64,000 nucleotides of DNA from Octopus vulgaris (taxonomy: Eukaryota), in the NCBI GenBank assembly GCA_951406725.2, contig OX597815.1, positions 46,128,001 to 46,192,000 of the forward strand. The letters are read 5' to 3'. Numbering within the stretch: the first letter of the stretch is position 1; each line of letters begins with the position of its first letter. Positions 1 through 14,860 of the stretch are shown here, piece after piece. The notes beneath the pieces were generated by a model. That model did not search any database and was not told the origin of the DNA. It was given only the letters and a program-made list of their open reading frames with translations. The translations under genes and the position numbers were made by a program.

Positions 1-104
1 GCCTCGTGGAGCTTTTAGGTGTTTTCGCTCAATAAACACTCACAACGCCCGGTCTGGGAATCGAAACCGCGAGTCCGCTGCCTAACCACTGGGCCATTGC
101 GCCT

Positions 105-107
<3 letters not shown>
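1..107 (-). mobile_element. tRNA-derived SINE (family A), 5' head, cut by window edge
   Basis: Reverse complement reads TGGAGGCGCAATGGCCCAGTGGTTAGG...GGTTTCGATTCCC (A and B boxes). Near-identical to 27840-27962. Confidence 0.85.
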
Positions 108-192
<85 letters not shown>

Positions 193-642
193 TAATATAA
201 ATATATTCATATAAGTACACACACATATGCACACACTATATAAACAATTGAAATAATAACAGAAAATAAACTATTGATTTTTCTAAACCCCCATTACGTT
301 CCTTTCGATAATCTTATAAATTCCATATGTTTATATCTATATAATTTAATATTTACAAATCCATCCCATCTATAAAATTATCCAAATATCAATAGCTGTT
401 TTCTGTCATTATTTTCATTTTATGAGACCTCTTGTCAGTGTGTACCCTAACTCGAGATATACGCAGCTTTACGGCTTGTTTAGTGTGCAATATTGGAAAA
501 TAAGGAATTTAATGCATTCTTATGGTAATGTGTCGTGCATTTAAAGCCCATCATAAAATTTATATGTGTATGTATGCATATTTGTGTGCGTACACCCCAC
601 CACATGCATGCACACTATATACATACATATAAACTTACGCAG

Positions 643-696
<54 letters not shown>

Positions 697-1959
697 ATAT
701 ATATATATGTTATAGTGATGTAATCGGATGCTATATATTTATGCATTTATATAGGAAAAAATAGTTTTCTGTTTGAGTGTATTTATATAATTGTGTATGC
801 ATGCATACATATATACACACATGCATTCCTATATATGTGCGTGTGTGTGGTGGGGGAGTGTGTGTGTGTGTGTCGAGTCTATGTATGTATGTAGTTAAGT
901 GAGCATGTTCGTTGTATGTGTGTTTATAGATCTTTAAATAATGTACACATGTATACACACATATCCATATATACATGATTATCCACTATAATCAATACAT
1001 GACTATCCCTAAACAGAATTAAAGTGTTTATTTAAAAGCAATAAAAATAATTTTAAAAAAAACGAAGTATTATATTTGATATTCATTAAAAATGCTTGTT
1101 ATGAGACATCAACAAATACATACAGTTCTGTATTTTGTTATCTCATGGTGGACCAATGTGAAATATATTTTATTTTACCACTTTATCTTTACACAGCAAT
1201 GGCTTCTAAACTTTTAGTCTGTGTTCCCATTGACTGCCTAGAGAAATCGTTATTTAAAGGGAATACTACTTATATCCCTTTGCCCGTCCAAATGATTTGC
1301 AAAAGTTTATCCTAAACGTCCATAACTTGTTTTCAGACATTTAGTTAGCCCTTGCTTCACGTTTTGCGTAATTTAAAACTTTCCTTTCATAAGTCTCAAG
1401 CTACTCTCGTTGTTGGAAAATGCGAAACTGTATGTCATACTTGATGCATGGATGTCAGGGAAATATGTCCTGTGTATTACATCTGATATATAGGGAAGAC
1501 AAAGGGATATGTATATTCACGCATAAACACACATGCAATAATGAAGGTCACTTACACGCACATTCATATATGTACGCGATTATTCACTAAACCTTATTTA
1601 AAACCGTATATCGTATTTTAAAAAAAGTGAAATGCATATTAAATATCTCCACTGTACATTATTTTGTGTATCGCTAATGTTGGTGACAAAAGACCTCTCG
1701 TATTTTCTGAATGTAAGGGCCTTTCTCCAGGGAGAATACGTTTGTGAATAAACTACGATATATTAACGAAAGATTTCTCGCGTTATTCACAGTGAAATGG
1801 TTTTGCTCTAGTGCTTATTATTTGTTTTGTTAAAAAAAAAACTGTTTTCGACAAAATAGTTTCCACATATTTCAGAGTGGTAGAATTTTGTTTCTTCTTT
1901 CCTATCATATATTTCTTTGTGCGTGAAGATATTGCCGAGTGTCTTCTACTATACCCTTA

Positions 1960-2186
1960 CGCCGACCAAGGTTTTGTAAGTGGATTTGGTAGACGGAGAC
2001 AAATCCGCCATGTACATATATATATATATATATATTATATACATATAAACGCTGGGTAACACTATAAACCGGTTATAACTGTATTTATCTAAATACTCTA
2101 ATGCTCTATGACTTAGAGTGTGCTTGCTTCTCTTTCGGATTTATGATTTACTGACGATACACACACACACATATGTACATATATGT

Positions 2187-2273
<87 letters not shown>

Positions 2274-2555
2274 CACACACATATATATATATATATATAC
2301 GTATGTATATTATATATATATACATACATATATATATATGTGTGTCTTTGTGCTTGTATTTGTCCATCACTACCGCTTGACAACCGGTGCTGGTGTGTTT
2401 ACGTCCTCGTAGCTTAACGTTTTGGCAAAAGAGTCCGATAGAATAAGTACATGGCTTGAAAAGAAAATTAGCACTGGGGTCAATTTATTCGATTAAAAAT
2501 CCTTGAAGGTGGTGGCCCAGTTTGGACACAGCCTAATGACTGAAACATGTAAAAT
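1960..2555 (+). mobile_element. SINE family C (internal microsatellite), decayed
   Basis: GGATTTGGTAGACGGA body, internal (TA)n, then the CGCTTGACAACCG...GTTTACGTCC...AATGACTGAAAC tail also seen at 61665-62110. Confidence 0.7.
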
Positions 2556-2775
2556 ATAGACGTTTTAAAATTTTTTTGTGTTATAAAGCTAAGAAGCTCA
2601 TTTCTGCAAAGACTTCCAGTCGAACAGGTCCTAACCCTGAAATATCGAAATACGAAATAAAAGTACAAGCTATCATCGTGTATTATTTCTTATAAACATG
2701 CATTTAATTTTGGTTTTAAAAAATATAACTAAAAAGGTGTGTGTGTGTATGTATATATATATATATATATATATA

Positions 2776-2983
2776 ACGGGAAGCTTTATGAAAATAAGCA
2801 AAAGACGAAGGCAGGTGGAATACAAACAAACAATTGTATTAGTATGGCGCTCAGGAATATAAATAAAACAAGTCTTTTACGTTTCGAGCCTACGCTCTTC
2901 AACAGAAAGATACACAGAAAAGAAACACGGAGAGAAACAAGGAGAGAAAAAAAATGCGTGCAGAAGCTAGCGAATCAACATGG

Positions 2984-2986
<3 letters not shown>
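2776..2986 (-). mobile_element. Penelope-like terminal-repeat fragment in (TA)n with hammerhead-like motif
   Basis: Unique 210-bp insert between two (TA)n tracts, containing a hammerhead-like fold at 2873-2910. Confidence 0.55.
2873..2910 (-). ncRNA. Minimal type-I hammerhead-like motif, variant core CUGUUGA
   Basis: Reads tcttt-CTGTTGA-a-gagc(gtag)gctc-GAAAC-GTA-aaaga. Stems I and II pair and stem III is the loop-less palindrome ACGT. The A6U change may inactivate it. Confidence 0.5.
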
Positions 2987-3042
<56 letters not shown>

Positions 3043-3295
3043 CATACACACACATCACACAACGCTTCATGTAAATTATTGTAATATATATGAGGGTGTG
3101 GGTGTGTTTGCGTGTGTGTGTTTTTGTGTATGTGTTGTATTTTTTTTATGTGCTGTCTTTTTTGTACGTGTGTATATGTGTTTGTCTCTTTATGCCTATC
3201 TAAGAAGAATAACGTTTTAACAACCAATGATGTATGGGCGAAGTATATACAAGGAGGTATCGCAGACAGTAAAAGAAATCGAGAAAAAGAGAAAG

Positions 3296-3343
<48 letters not shown>

Positions 3344-3623
3344 GAAAGAGAGAGTAAGCATACAACATTATGTCATTTACCCACAGCTAGAGACATATTA
3401 TCTTGGTGTACAATGGAGCGGTGGTTTTTGAATGTTCTTCGTAGCACGTGGTTGCTTAACAAGGATAAAATTGATATTTGAAAAGATTTGTTGACATGCA
3501 AATTTAATATAGAGCCGACCGACATAAAGCCTGTCTGCCCATTGGAATTGAACGAAGATAAAAATACCCATTTTATTCCGTCGAGTCCTTGACTGCATTG
3601 TTGTTTATTTTATTGTTTTATAT

Positions 3624-3691
<68 letters not shown>

Positions 3692-3861
3692 GTGTTTTGG
3701 CTTGTTCTTTTCAATAAACCTCAAGATGGGTGGAACATTTGTTGGTTTACGTCATGCTAAAAATGACAAAATGAAAACGAGAAATCCTTTGATAATTTCT
3801 TCAGACGAGCACCTGATTGGGCTGTGAATTTGAACAACAACAACAATAACAATAATAATAA

Positions 3862-4221
3862 CCCTTTTTACTATAGGTACAAAGCCTGAAATTGGAGGGG
3901 TGGTAAGTCGATCACGTCGACCCCGAAAGGATGAAAGCAAAGGCGACCTCGGCGGAATTTGAACTGAGAACGTAGCAACAGACGAAATACCTATTTCTTT
4001 ACTACCCACAAGGGGCTAAACACAGAGGGGACAAACAAGGGCAGAAAAACGGATTAAGTCGATTACATCGACCCCAGTGCGTAACTGGTACTTACTTTAT
4101 CGACTCCGAAAGGATGAAAGGCAAAGTCGACCTCGGCGGAATTTGAACTCAGAACGTAGCGGCAAACGAAATACCGCTAAGCATTTCGCCCGGTGTGCTA
4201 ACGATTCTGGCAGCTCACCTT
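3862..4221 (-). mobile_element. SINE family B, two internal units
   Basis: Head ...GAGCTGCCAGAATCGTTAGCAC, B-box GAGTTCAAATTCC, and core GCCTTTCATCCTTTCGG-GTCGATAAA present twice (~185 bp apart). Confidence 0.85.
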
Positions 4222-4248
4222 ATAATGATGATGATGATGATGATGATG

Positions 4249-4312
<64 letters not shown>

Positions 4313-4369
4313 TAATAATAATGATGATGATGATGAGGAGGAGGAGGAGGAGGAGGATGGCAGTAAAGG

Positions 4370-5114
4370 GATCTATTCCATCTCAATCACAGATGTTTTA
4401 ATCAATTTATTATTTAACTAAACAGTTTGAAACTTCGAATACTGGTAGAAGTTCTCACGTAGAATACGGTTTATTTGACAAAATTTGGTTCGAAGAATCG
4501 CAGCTGGCTTTTTTGTTTTTGACGCATATGTACTTTCAAAATGCCTTTGAGATGTATTGTTATTGTCATGATTCTATCTTATTATAATCAACAACAAACA
4601 CATTTCATCAATATAAAAGTCTTTATTAGATAAAAAATAACATTATCAAAACATGAAGGAAAACCAAGCGAAATAGCGGCTTATACACCGGAAAATACGG
4701 TAATTGTAGTAGCAGTGACAAGTTCGCTCGCTGGTTGCTAGTTGATAGTGTAGAGGGGAGGGAAAGAGTAAGGAACGCACGGAGCTGACTAGAAAGGAAG
4801 GATAAAGGTGGTTCGCTCGGCATACGAATAGAACAGAGTGATGACATTTAGTAGAGATGACCCGGAAGTTGTTCCTCTTCGATTGCTATCGTAAACAGCA
4901 GTAGCTTTCTTCAACCGAATACGCAACGTTGATTGGTTGAAATTACCCAAATACGACAACTTTAACACGAAATAATTTCTAAAATAGGAAATATTGTCAA
5001 AAACGTTTAGTGTAAACTGTGTTCTACGTGAGAAATTCTACCAGTATTCGAAGTTTCAAACTGTTTAGTTAAAAAAAATTAATTAAAAAGTCTGTGATTG
5101 CGATGAAATAGATC
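4370..5114. mobile_element. MITE-like non-autonomous DNA transposon with ~100-bp terminal inverted repeats
   Basis: 4370-4470 (GATCTATTCCATC...AACTAAACAGTTTGAAACTTCGAATACTGGTAGAA) is the reverse complement of ~5015-5114. No coding capacity between the arms. Confidence 0.8.
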
Positions 5115-5859
5115 ATAATAAAGTACAAAAGCCGAGGAAAAAATACAGAAAAGAAAGAAATTTAAAAAAATATTGAAAGAAAACAAACGAGAATTGGAAA
5201 ATAAATTAATAATAATAAATATAAAGGAAAAGGAAATTATAAGAAAAATATAAACGGAAGATCTAATGCATTTAATTCGCTCGCCTGCTCAAATAACTTC
5301 AAGTAAAGAACATTAAGTTTAGAACTGCGCACGAACGTTTATTATTTATGAGCGGTGAACATTTCAGTTGTCCCAAGTGTTAGTTTGGACCGCCATTTAG
5401 ATATTTGAGAAGAAACGACCGACCAGGCAACCATACGCATATTTAGACTAAGGCGCACAAATAAACATACACACGTATATACATAGACATACGTGCACAC
5501 AAATATACGTTTAGTAATTGACTTAGGAAGATGCAGTAGAGATATTTTCATTCGATTATCTTTAGTGTTAATTTTTTTATTTATTTTTGTTATTTTCCCT
5601 TTTTCTCGGCAATAACGAAAATACTATAGTTATGAGGAATGCGTTACATTCTAATACAAAATATTCTCACACAAACCGCATACTACATACATACACATAC
5701 ACACACGTGTATGAATATGTGTGTGTGTGTGTGAGTATGAGTGTGGCTATGTACACATACATATACACGTATACGCACATATATGGACTTATTATCAATG
5801 TATATCTTGGCACGAGTGTATGTATGCAGGTACTTACATACGTATGTCTTTATGTATGT

Positions 5860-6480
5860 ATGTATATATTATGTATGTGTGTGTGTTTGTATGTGTGACT
5901 GTGTGAGCGTGTATGTCTATGCGTGTGTTTGTCTAGATGTGTGTGAGTGTGGGAAAGAGACAGGTAGTCAGTGAAGTGAGATAGAGAGAGGAAGGGAGGG
6001 AGGAGAGCCTGTATGTTCTGTATGTATGAGAATTTGTGTGCGCTCGTGTGTGTGTGTTTGTGCACGTGTGTATGTGTGTGTGTGTGTGTGTGTGTGAGTG
6101 TGTGTTGCGTGCGTGTGTTTGTGCACGTGTGTATGTTTGTGTCTGAGAGAGTGTCTATGAGAGAAAACTCATACTCTAAACTTACTAACAAAATAAGCCC
6201 AAACATGTATACATAAATGGAAGTCCTCATAAATACTCTCTCACACACAAACATACACACGTGTACAAACACACACACGCACACACACACGAGCGCTCAC
6301 AGGCTCACATACATACAGAACACATAGGCTCTCCTCTCTCTCTTTCTCTTTCTCTCTCTGTTTTGTCTCTTTATTACACTCACGCGCACAGACACACGCA
6401 TACACACACCTAGACAAACACACGCATAGACACTCACACTTACACAGTCACACAAACACACACGTATACATACATACATA
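5860..6480. repeat. Diverged fold-back inverted repeat of (GT)-rich sequence
   Basis: Unique words mirror across a ~65-bp spacer: GTCTATGCGTGTGTTTGTCTAG / CTAGACAAACACACGCATAGAC, GTTCTGTATGTATG / CATACATACAGAAC, GGAGAGCCT / AGGCTCTCC. Confidence 0.7.
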
Positions 6481-6890
6481 CATACATACATACATACATA
6501 CATACATGCATGCATACATACATACATATATACGTAAGCACATGTAAACTTTCTAATACACATATACACACATGTAAACACTCAAACATATATATATAAA
6601 TACTCACACACACACATGTAAAAATCCCAAACCATTCACATACTCACTCAGTGACACTCTTCTTAACAAATATAAATATATAGGCTCAGTCTGTTAGTGT
6701 CCCCAAAGAACCACAGGGAACGATAAAATCGAAGTAAAATTTAATGAGAAGGAAATTGGAAACTTTCCAGAACATTCTTCACTAACTGGTTATCATGGCT
6801 GTCGTACAATTTTCGTTGTGATTTACGCGGAGAGAATCTCAGCACTTGTAAAGAAAACGGTGAAATGGTATAAATGGATAGAATTAGAGG

Positions 6891-6960
<70 letters not shown>

Positions 6961-7201
6961 GAAAGAGAGAGAGAGAGAGGAGAGAGAGATAAAGAGGTGG
7001 AGATAAATAAAGAACAGAAAGAGTGCGACAAGGAGAAGATGAAGAGAAAGATATACAGAGAGGCAATGGAATGGCTGAGAAGGTAGGACAGAGCAATGGA
7101 TAGCTGGATATATGAGGAGAAAGTACTGAGGCATGAAAGAGAGAGGGGATGAGGTGGGGTTAAACATTCAAAGGAAACAGAGTGACAGCGGCATACCTGC
7201 A

Positions 7202-7560
7202 TACGGGGTGGTATCAAAAGGTTCGCGGATTAGTTATGTTTAATAAAAAATAACTATTTACCTAAATTTTAACATCATCTCCTTCGAAATAGTCACCTTG
7301 CACCAGCAGTACACCGCTCCCTGCGTTCCTGCCACTTTTGGAATCCGGCCTGGAAGCCGTTTTCCGTAAGAGAAATCGAGGACTTCTGCGATTCGCCGTG
7401 GATCTCGACAACGGTGTTAAAACAGCAACTTCTGAGCGGTATTTTCATCTTGGGGAAGAGATGGAAGTCCGCAGGTGCTAAATCTGGCGAATAGGGCGGG
7501 TGCGGAAGAGATACTATGTTGTTTTGGGCGAGAAACTCAGGAATGAGGAGAGCTTGGTGA
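7202..7560 (-). mobile_element. Mariner transposase 3' fragment with TIR
   Basis: Minus strand translates HPPYSPDLAPADFHLFPKMK...FQAGFQKWQER (YSPDLAP motif). TA followed by CGGGGTGGTATCAAAAGGTTCGCGGA resembles a mariner TIR. Confidence 0.9.
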
Positions 7561-7691
7561 CAGATCCGGTTGCTTTCGCCGAATGTCTTTTCATCTCTTT
7601 CTTTTGCCCTTTCTTCCTACCTCCCCTTCTGTCTCCCCCTCTCTCTCTATATATATATATAGTATACGAAATGTATATACATATATATACT

Positions 7692-7729
<38 letters not shown>

Positions 7730-7910
7730 TTTCTGGCTCGAAGGGTACCACGAAAGGCCTGGTTGGAGGCCCAACTGTCCGAGTTCTTTTACAGAGCTTA
7801 GAAAAACCGAAAGACTGCTGCAATAAGTGTGTGAATCTGAAAGGGGAATATGTTGAATAAAATGATAATTAACTCATCCGCCTTTTATTTTTCCCAAAGC
7901 CAGGAACTTG
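7730..7910 (+). mobile_element. Second mariner transposase C-terminal fragment
   Basis: Translates ...DCCNKCVNLKGEYVE*, a typical mariner C-terminus. Confidence 0.7.
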
Positions 7911-8338
7911 TCCTATCGTATAAGTAATTTCGTGTTTCAGTACAATCCATATGTATTCTTGAAAGTCCTGAAGCTTGATAGTCATAGATATGATGCTTTC
8001 AGGAGAACTATTTCATTCATTGCTTTCAGGTACACCAAAATTATAACTCTATATGCTTAACAGTTGTTATTGATATCGAGATAATTTGAGCACGCTCTGT
8101 GGTGTTCAAGTATATAGGAAAAACTGCTGATGTAAAAAAAATATTAGTTCTGAGTTTTCGATTTTGCCTCCGTTTACATTTCGGAAGTCGCATGAAATCA
8201 CTTTGTTATGTACTATTTTGATATTAGAGTGGCAAAGTGTATAGCTCTATAGCTTCAGATCATGTGTGGAAACATGCTGAAGGTAGTTTTACGATTCATC
8301 TTCGATTAAAATACGCTTGCATATATGTATGAATGCAT

Positions 8339-8393
<55 letters not shown>

Positions 8394-8439
8394 GTACATA
8401 TATGTACATACATATATGGACGTATATATTAATTATAGC

Positions 8440-8778
8440 TTTCATCTTTTATCTTGTGTCAGTCATCAGGCTGCAGCCATGCAGTGGTACTCTCTTGAAA
8501 TTTAGCCGAACGAATCGACTCTAGTACTTATTGTTCTAAAACCTGGTGCTTATACTATCGGTCAATTTTGCCAAACCGCTAAGTTATGGGGACGCAAACA
8601 CCCCAATACCAATTTGTCAAGCAACCCTCCCCCCCACACACATCCTCACTCATATGACGGCCTTCTTTCAGTTTCCGTCTACCAATTCCACTCAGAAAGT
8701 CGGCCCGAGGTTGTAGTGGAAGACACTAAACTCGGAATCATGTGGTTGAAAAGTAAACTCATTGGCATACAGCCACAC
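8440..8778 (-). mobile_element. SINE family C, decayed
   Basis: CTTCTTTCAGTTTCCGTCTACCAA and CCAAACCGCTAAGTTATGGGGAC match the reverse complement of 61665-62110. Confidence 0.75.
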
Positions 8779-9802
8779 ATGTATACATATGTATGTATGC
8801 ATGTATGTATGTATGTGTGTGAGAGTGCGTGTGTGCATACGTCTCTATGCACCCCCCCACACACACATCAAGAAAGAAATATAGATATAGGATATCTTTT
8901 GAATATTCTGAATCTTTTTTAACAAGAAAGGCAAGTAATTATCTTATTTGTAGGAAGAAAAACAGTTTATATATGGATGTGTTCAAACAGAATTGAATCT
9001 TAAAACACTGAATCGGAAAAAAAGCATTATAGAATAGAATATAATGTTTTGCGATATTAGTTATAATTTTTTTCTGATATGAGTTCAGTCTTCATCGACC
9101 TCAACTCTGCTTTTAACATTCCGAGGACGATAAAATAAAGTACCAGTTGTGTGTTAGAGTCAATAAAATATAGTACCACCAGAGTGCTCCATTTCCCGAC
9201 TAAATTTCTGAGCTTGTGCTTATATTAAAAATGTAATGTTTTTAAACAGTCTTTGGTTGGCAAAATTGTTATAGCGTAGAAGAAAATGTCCTGCAGTATT
9301 TAGTTATGGCCCTTTATGATCTGAGTTAAAATTTCGCAAAAGTAAGGTTTGTCTTGTATATTTCTGGACTCTGTAAAATGAAAGAATAGTCATGTACTAG
9401 GGTGCTATAATAGAATATATTCTCTACTAAAATAAGCGACCTTGTGCTTGCTTACGTTAGAAATCAATATTTGACATTAAAGACTTCTTTGAACTATCTG
9501 TGATATTTCGTAATATCCAGGATTTAGCCGACTCAGAATACAGAAAGGCGAAAGTTAACCCAGATGAGAAATAAGGTAGCTAGGATGGGACCATGGGGAA
9601 GTTCTGCTTCGGGTGACGCTTTTATGGCGCGGCACTTTCAGGTCTGCAATATAAGCCTGTACAGAGGGACAGGGGGAGGCAAACGCAGGGGCTTCCTGGG
9701 AAGTACACGCTTCAGTTGCGTAACTGTTGGCGAGATTTGAACTCAGGAAGCATGTTGCTCTGTCTACCAAATCGATCTCTTCGTTTTCACACGCGCGCGC
9801 AA

Positions 9803-9862
<60 letters not shown>

Positions 9863-10642
9863 GCACGCATACACACATATATATACACACATATATATAC
9901 ACACATATATATACACACATAATACATATTCTTTTATTCTTTTACTTATTTCAATCATTTGACTGCGAACATGCAGGGGCACCACTATTTGTATATATAA
10001 TATACATACACCTTTATGTCAGTATGCATATATACATAGATGTGTGTGTGCGTGTTGAATGTTAATGGTCAGCTAAGGACAATCACATGAGTAACCAACC
10101 ATGAAGAACAAATCGCAATACGAAGAAATAAAATAACAATACCTTTAAAACAGCAACAATTTTAAAAGCACCAGAACCACCATCCCACTACATCTACACG
10201 CTGAAAGCAGTGTGTAGAAAGCAGCAACGGCCCTTCAACAACAACACACTCTGGTAAGTTCAGTGACTACTACTAAATTCAAGTTATAACAGATGAAGAA
10301 GATGTTCTTGAAACCAAGGATTTTAAACCTACAGATATTTACGACTAGATTTCATAATTCAGGGAAACAGTTGCATAATCAAGTACCTGTACACCCGGAG
10401 AATTACGTTGCGTGGAAACAATTGTAGTGAATAAAATAATAAATGTGCAACCGTACCCACTCTTGTTGACTCCAATTTTTTCAGTTATCTGTTCACACAA
10501 GACAGATGCCCAAATGCAAACCTGGAAGTACGTATACTACTACTGGATAGCGCAGGATAAATCTATAGGTGGAGGAGCTTTATACTGTAATCTACTACGT
10601 TCTTAACAGACTATTCCATAACTATATATATATATATATATA

Positions 10643-10818
10643 CCTTGATAGAAATGGTAAGACAACAAAAGAATAAAAAAAACCTCAATATTATGTAAAT
10701 AGGAGAATTTATCTGTAAATGTAATATGTGACAATAATTCGGTAGCCATGATAAAACGCCGTCGTCTGAGACTGAGTTTTATCATGGCTACCGAATTATT
10801 GTCACATATTACATTTAC

Positions 10819-10823
<5 letters not shown>
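10643..10823. mobile_element. Asymmetric palindromic insert in (TA)n (PLE-type)
   Basis: Perfect 48-bp arms at 10710-10757 and 10776-10823, with an unpaired 67-bp extension on the left. Related sequence lies at ~40035-40120 (-) and 50910-50972. Confidence 0.7.
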
Positions 10824-10867
<44 letters not shown>

Positions 10868-11393
10868 CATGTATGGATGTATATTGATATGCATGTATGT
10901 GTTTATATATGTGTGTGTGTGTGCGCGTGCATGTGTGTGTGTTTGCAATTTGAATATTTTAAAATGCATGTAGAATCAAACTAACACGTCATTTATATTT
11001 TGAGTAAGCTTCCATAATCTAACGCTCAACCGTGTATTTAATGTGCATATGAATGGTTTAGTGAACATGTTAAATACGCAAGTAAAGAGCAGTGTACGCT
11101 GTGCCTTAACGTCTGTACATCTTTATGAATATGCACATGCTAGAGTTGCAGCAACAGTAAAGCAGCAGGTTAAATGCTTTTCATTATTCGTTAATGTCTC
11201 TTTATGTTCTAAGTTCGAATCCTGTGAAAGACATCTTTGCTTTTCATCCTTCTGTAATTCATAGAATAATTACCGTTGATAAAACACAGTACAGTGAAGT
11301 ATCGGCGTCAATATACACGACCGTACCTTTTTCTCTTATAATGTGTAGTCTCACGACTCAATTAAACTATCATTATATACGTATGCAAAATTA

Positions 11394-11430
<37 letters not shown>

Positions 11431-11848
11431 TTTCTGTGTGAGCAATGTACGTCTATATGTGTGCCTAATTCTTGTTCACAATAATTTAAGTTCATTCACC
11501 CATGAAACACTTAATAAAATTCTTTGATAGTAAAATTGTCCAGAACATACTGAAATCTCTGAGCAGTTTATATAGAATGATTCATGAAATCATATAAGAA
11601 CGAATATTCGTCCGCGTGGGAGGATGTTTTGTAATGTAAAGCCAGCATGAGTATCTAGTTCTGTCTGTCTGTGCATGCTTGTGGTGCTTTGTGCTTTTGT
11701 GTATGCGGATGTAGCAGACATGTATTGTAAATTTCTATAGAAGTATATACAGCATGTTTATAGATGGTAAAAGTTGCTAATGAATGCATGACTATGTGGG
11801 CGTTGATAAATGTACAATTATATTGCAAGGTTTGCTTACTATCCATCC

Positions 11849-12012
<164 letters not shown>

Positions 12013-12025
12013 TCTATATATATAA

Positions 12026-12065
<40 letters not shown>

Positions 12066-12090
12066 TTATATGTATATATGTATATATACT

Positions 12091-12122
<32 letters not shown>

Positions 12123-12289
12123 CATCCATACATATATGCATATACATTCATGCATATATATGTGTGTGTGCGTGTGACTGGGTGTGAGTATGTGTGTGAA
12201 AATGAATGTATTTATATATATGTGAGTATATATGCATATATATTTACATATATATATCTATCTATGTGTTTATGTATATACATATATCT

Positions 12290-12328
<39 letters not shown>

Positions 12329-13585
12329 TATGTATATATATAGATATATATACATACATACTTATATATGTATTATATATATATATATCTACACATATTT
12401 ATAAAGGAAAGACAGCTAGGTAGATAGATATACACACGTAAACACATACATATAGATAAATATTTAAATCTCTATATATATATATGTACACACACACACA
12501 TATAATGTGTGTGTACAACTTCCCACTCAGCCTCCACTCTCCTCTCTCTCTCTCTCTCTGTCTATGTATCTATCTAGTTCTTTCTCTCTCAGTCCTTCCT
12601 TCACACAAAATCGCTTCTACACACACACACACTCACGCACACACAAATACATAGTTTATCTTTCAGAAATTTTCGATCAAATACATATAAATATTATTCT
12701 ATTGTATTTGACTCATCTCCTTTAACTTTGTGTGTGTGAACGTGTATGTGTGTGTGTATGTGTGTGTGTGTGTATGTGTGTGTGTATGTGTGTGTATGTG
12801 TGTGTGTGTATAGAACATAGATAGGTATACTTATATATATATATCTTTATATATATGTAAAAATACATATATATTAATATATGTATATTTATACATATAT
12901 ATATTGTTATATATAAATACACATATTCATATTGATATGTATATATATTCACACACGCACACACACATACATATATATACATACATACATATATATATAC
13001 ATATACACACACATACATATACATATATATATGTATAATATATATATATATATACATAAAAAAATGTAAACGCATATATATATGTATTTATATATGTATA
13101 CACACACACATATATATATACACGAATATGTGTATGTGTATATGTGTGTGTATGTATGCTTTTGTGTATGTGTACGTGTATCTGCTTGTGTGTATGTGTG
13201 CGTGTATGTACGCTTGTGTGTATGTGTGCGTGTGTGTATTTTTGTGTGGCGGACGTAAATATTACATTTCGCTTGATTGAATTATGCACTGTCAGTTACT
13301 GATGCAGAAGACCACTAATTAAATAGCAAAACGGTTGTTATTTAGCCAGAATTATATAACATCAAAGATGGTTGACCTCCCTAGTAGAGGGAGCTTTGCT
13401 TAACCAAACACTACAACCGTCCAACGCCACCATGTTTGCACGTAGCTGTCAGTTTAGTTTAATCTGATATTTCACGCTTCTGGTTCTGCTCGACGGACTT
13501 CCCACTAAATTTACTTCATCGATACCGAAAGGTTGTATGTGGATCTGTTTCTCATCGTTTCCTTCTTCCATTCTTTTTCTTTAAT

Positions 13586-13648
<63 letters not shown>

Positions 13649-13660
13649 CTCTTTCTTTTT

Positions 13661-13696
<36 letters not shown>

Positions 13697-13944
13697 TTCA
13701 GTTCGTTTTCTTCTTTTCTTCCTTTCTATTGCGGATAAATTCAATGCTCGTATGTAAACGTTTGTATACATACAAAGATACAAACATACATACATACATA
13801 CATACATATATGTGTGTATATGGTTATATTTATATACATATATATATATGTATATATATATTTATATACATATATGTGTGTATATGGATATATTTATATA
13901 CATATATATATATGTATATATATATGTATATACATACAGATATG

Positions 13945-13998
<54 letters not shown>

Positions 13999-14130
13999 TG
14001 TATATATATATATACACACGTATACGTATATATATACACACGAACATATACATACATATATATGTGTGCACATATATGTATAAATAGATATGTGTATGTA
14101 TATTTATGTATATGCTATATAATTTATACC

Positions 14131-14363
14131 AGAGTAAGCACATAAATGCGAAACAAGGTGGAAAAAATAGTACTCGAATACCAGAGGTAGAGTAATATAC
14201 TTTATTAAAAAGCAGCAAAATTATCACAAAAACTGTTACTCAGAGTTTCCCGTTCGTCGGGTAGTTTTGTTTAGATTCTAAACAAAACTGTTCGACGTGC
14301 GGGAACGTGAAACTTTGTGTAACAGTTTTTGCGATATCTTTGCCGCTTTTTAATAAAATATAT
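14131..14363. mobile_element. Asymmetric palindromic PLE remnant with decayed hammerhead
   Basis: Arms ~14195-14275 and 14277-14363. The two arms together give aaactgt-CCGACGA-acg(ggaa)cgt-GAAAC-tctga-GTA-acagttt (plus copy at 14285-14328). Confidence 0.7.
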
Positions 14364-14589
14364 AATTTATATATATACATACATATATATAGTGTTTAAC
14401 TTCTTTTAAATCCCAGCCAATTAATAGTGTTTATGTGTGCGCTTATGACTAGCTGTAGGTTTAGTTGCTAAGAAAGCCAGATAATAGTAATAAAAATTAC
14501 ACAAATTGGTATCAGCCGAATCTTTTTCTCATTGATATAGGACCCACTTTTAGTTCAGTAAGGGAAAAATTTTGATTGCTTATCTCCCT

Positions 14590-14860
14590 TCTTTTACCTC
14601 TCTTGTGGCACAATGTAAGTTTCCTTCTCGAGTCAAATCGACTCCTAAGGGCCAGTTTCCCCGTTTCCATGGCGTATACATTCTCCACCTGGACAGGACG
14701 TCGGTCCGTCGCAGGATTTCTAATTTTTGCTAAGTGAGTGGAGTCGGTCAATGTGAAATGAAATATTTTGGTCAAGAACATAACGTGTCACTCGGTCCAT
14801 AAATCGAAGCCACAATCTTACGATCATGATTCCAACAGCTATCATCTAAGACAATTGCCT
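14590..14860 (-). mobile_element. tRNA-derived SINE, decayed
   Basis: tRNA-like head near 14790-14860. The CCTGCGACGGACCGACGTCCTGTCCAGGTGG...GGAAACTGGCCC module is shared with 59530-59610. Confidence 0.65.

Noticed and set aside
10391-10430. cac-CCGGAGA...GAAAC-aatt-GTA-gtg hammerhead-like motif
   Set aside because: Two core changes, a 3-bp stem I and a weak stem II. It may be a decayed copy but is not supportable alone.
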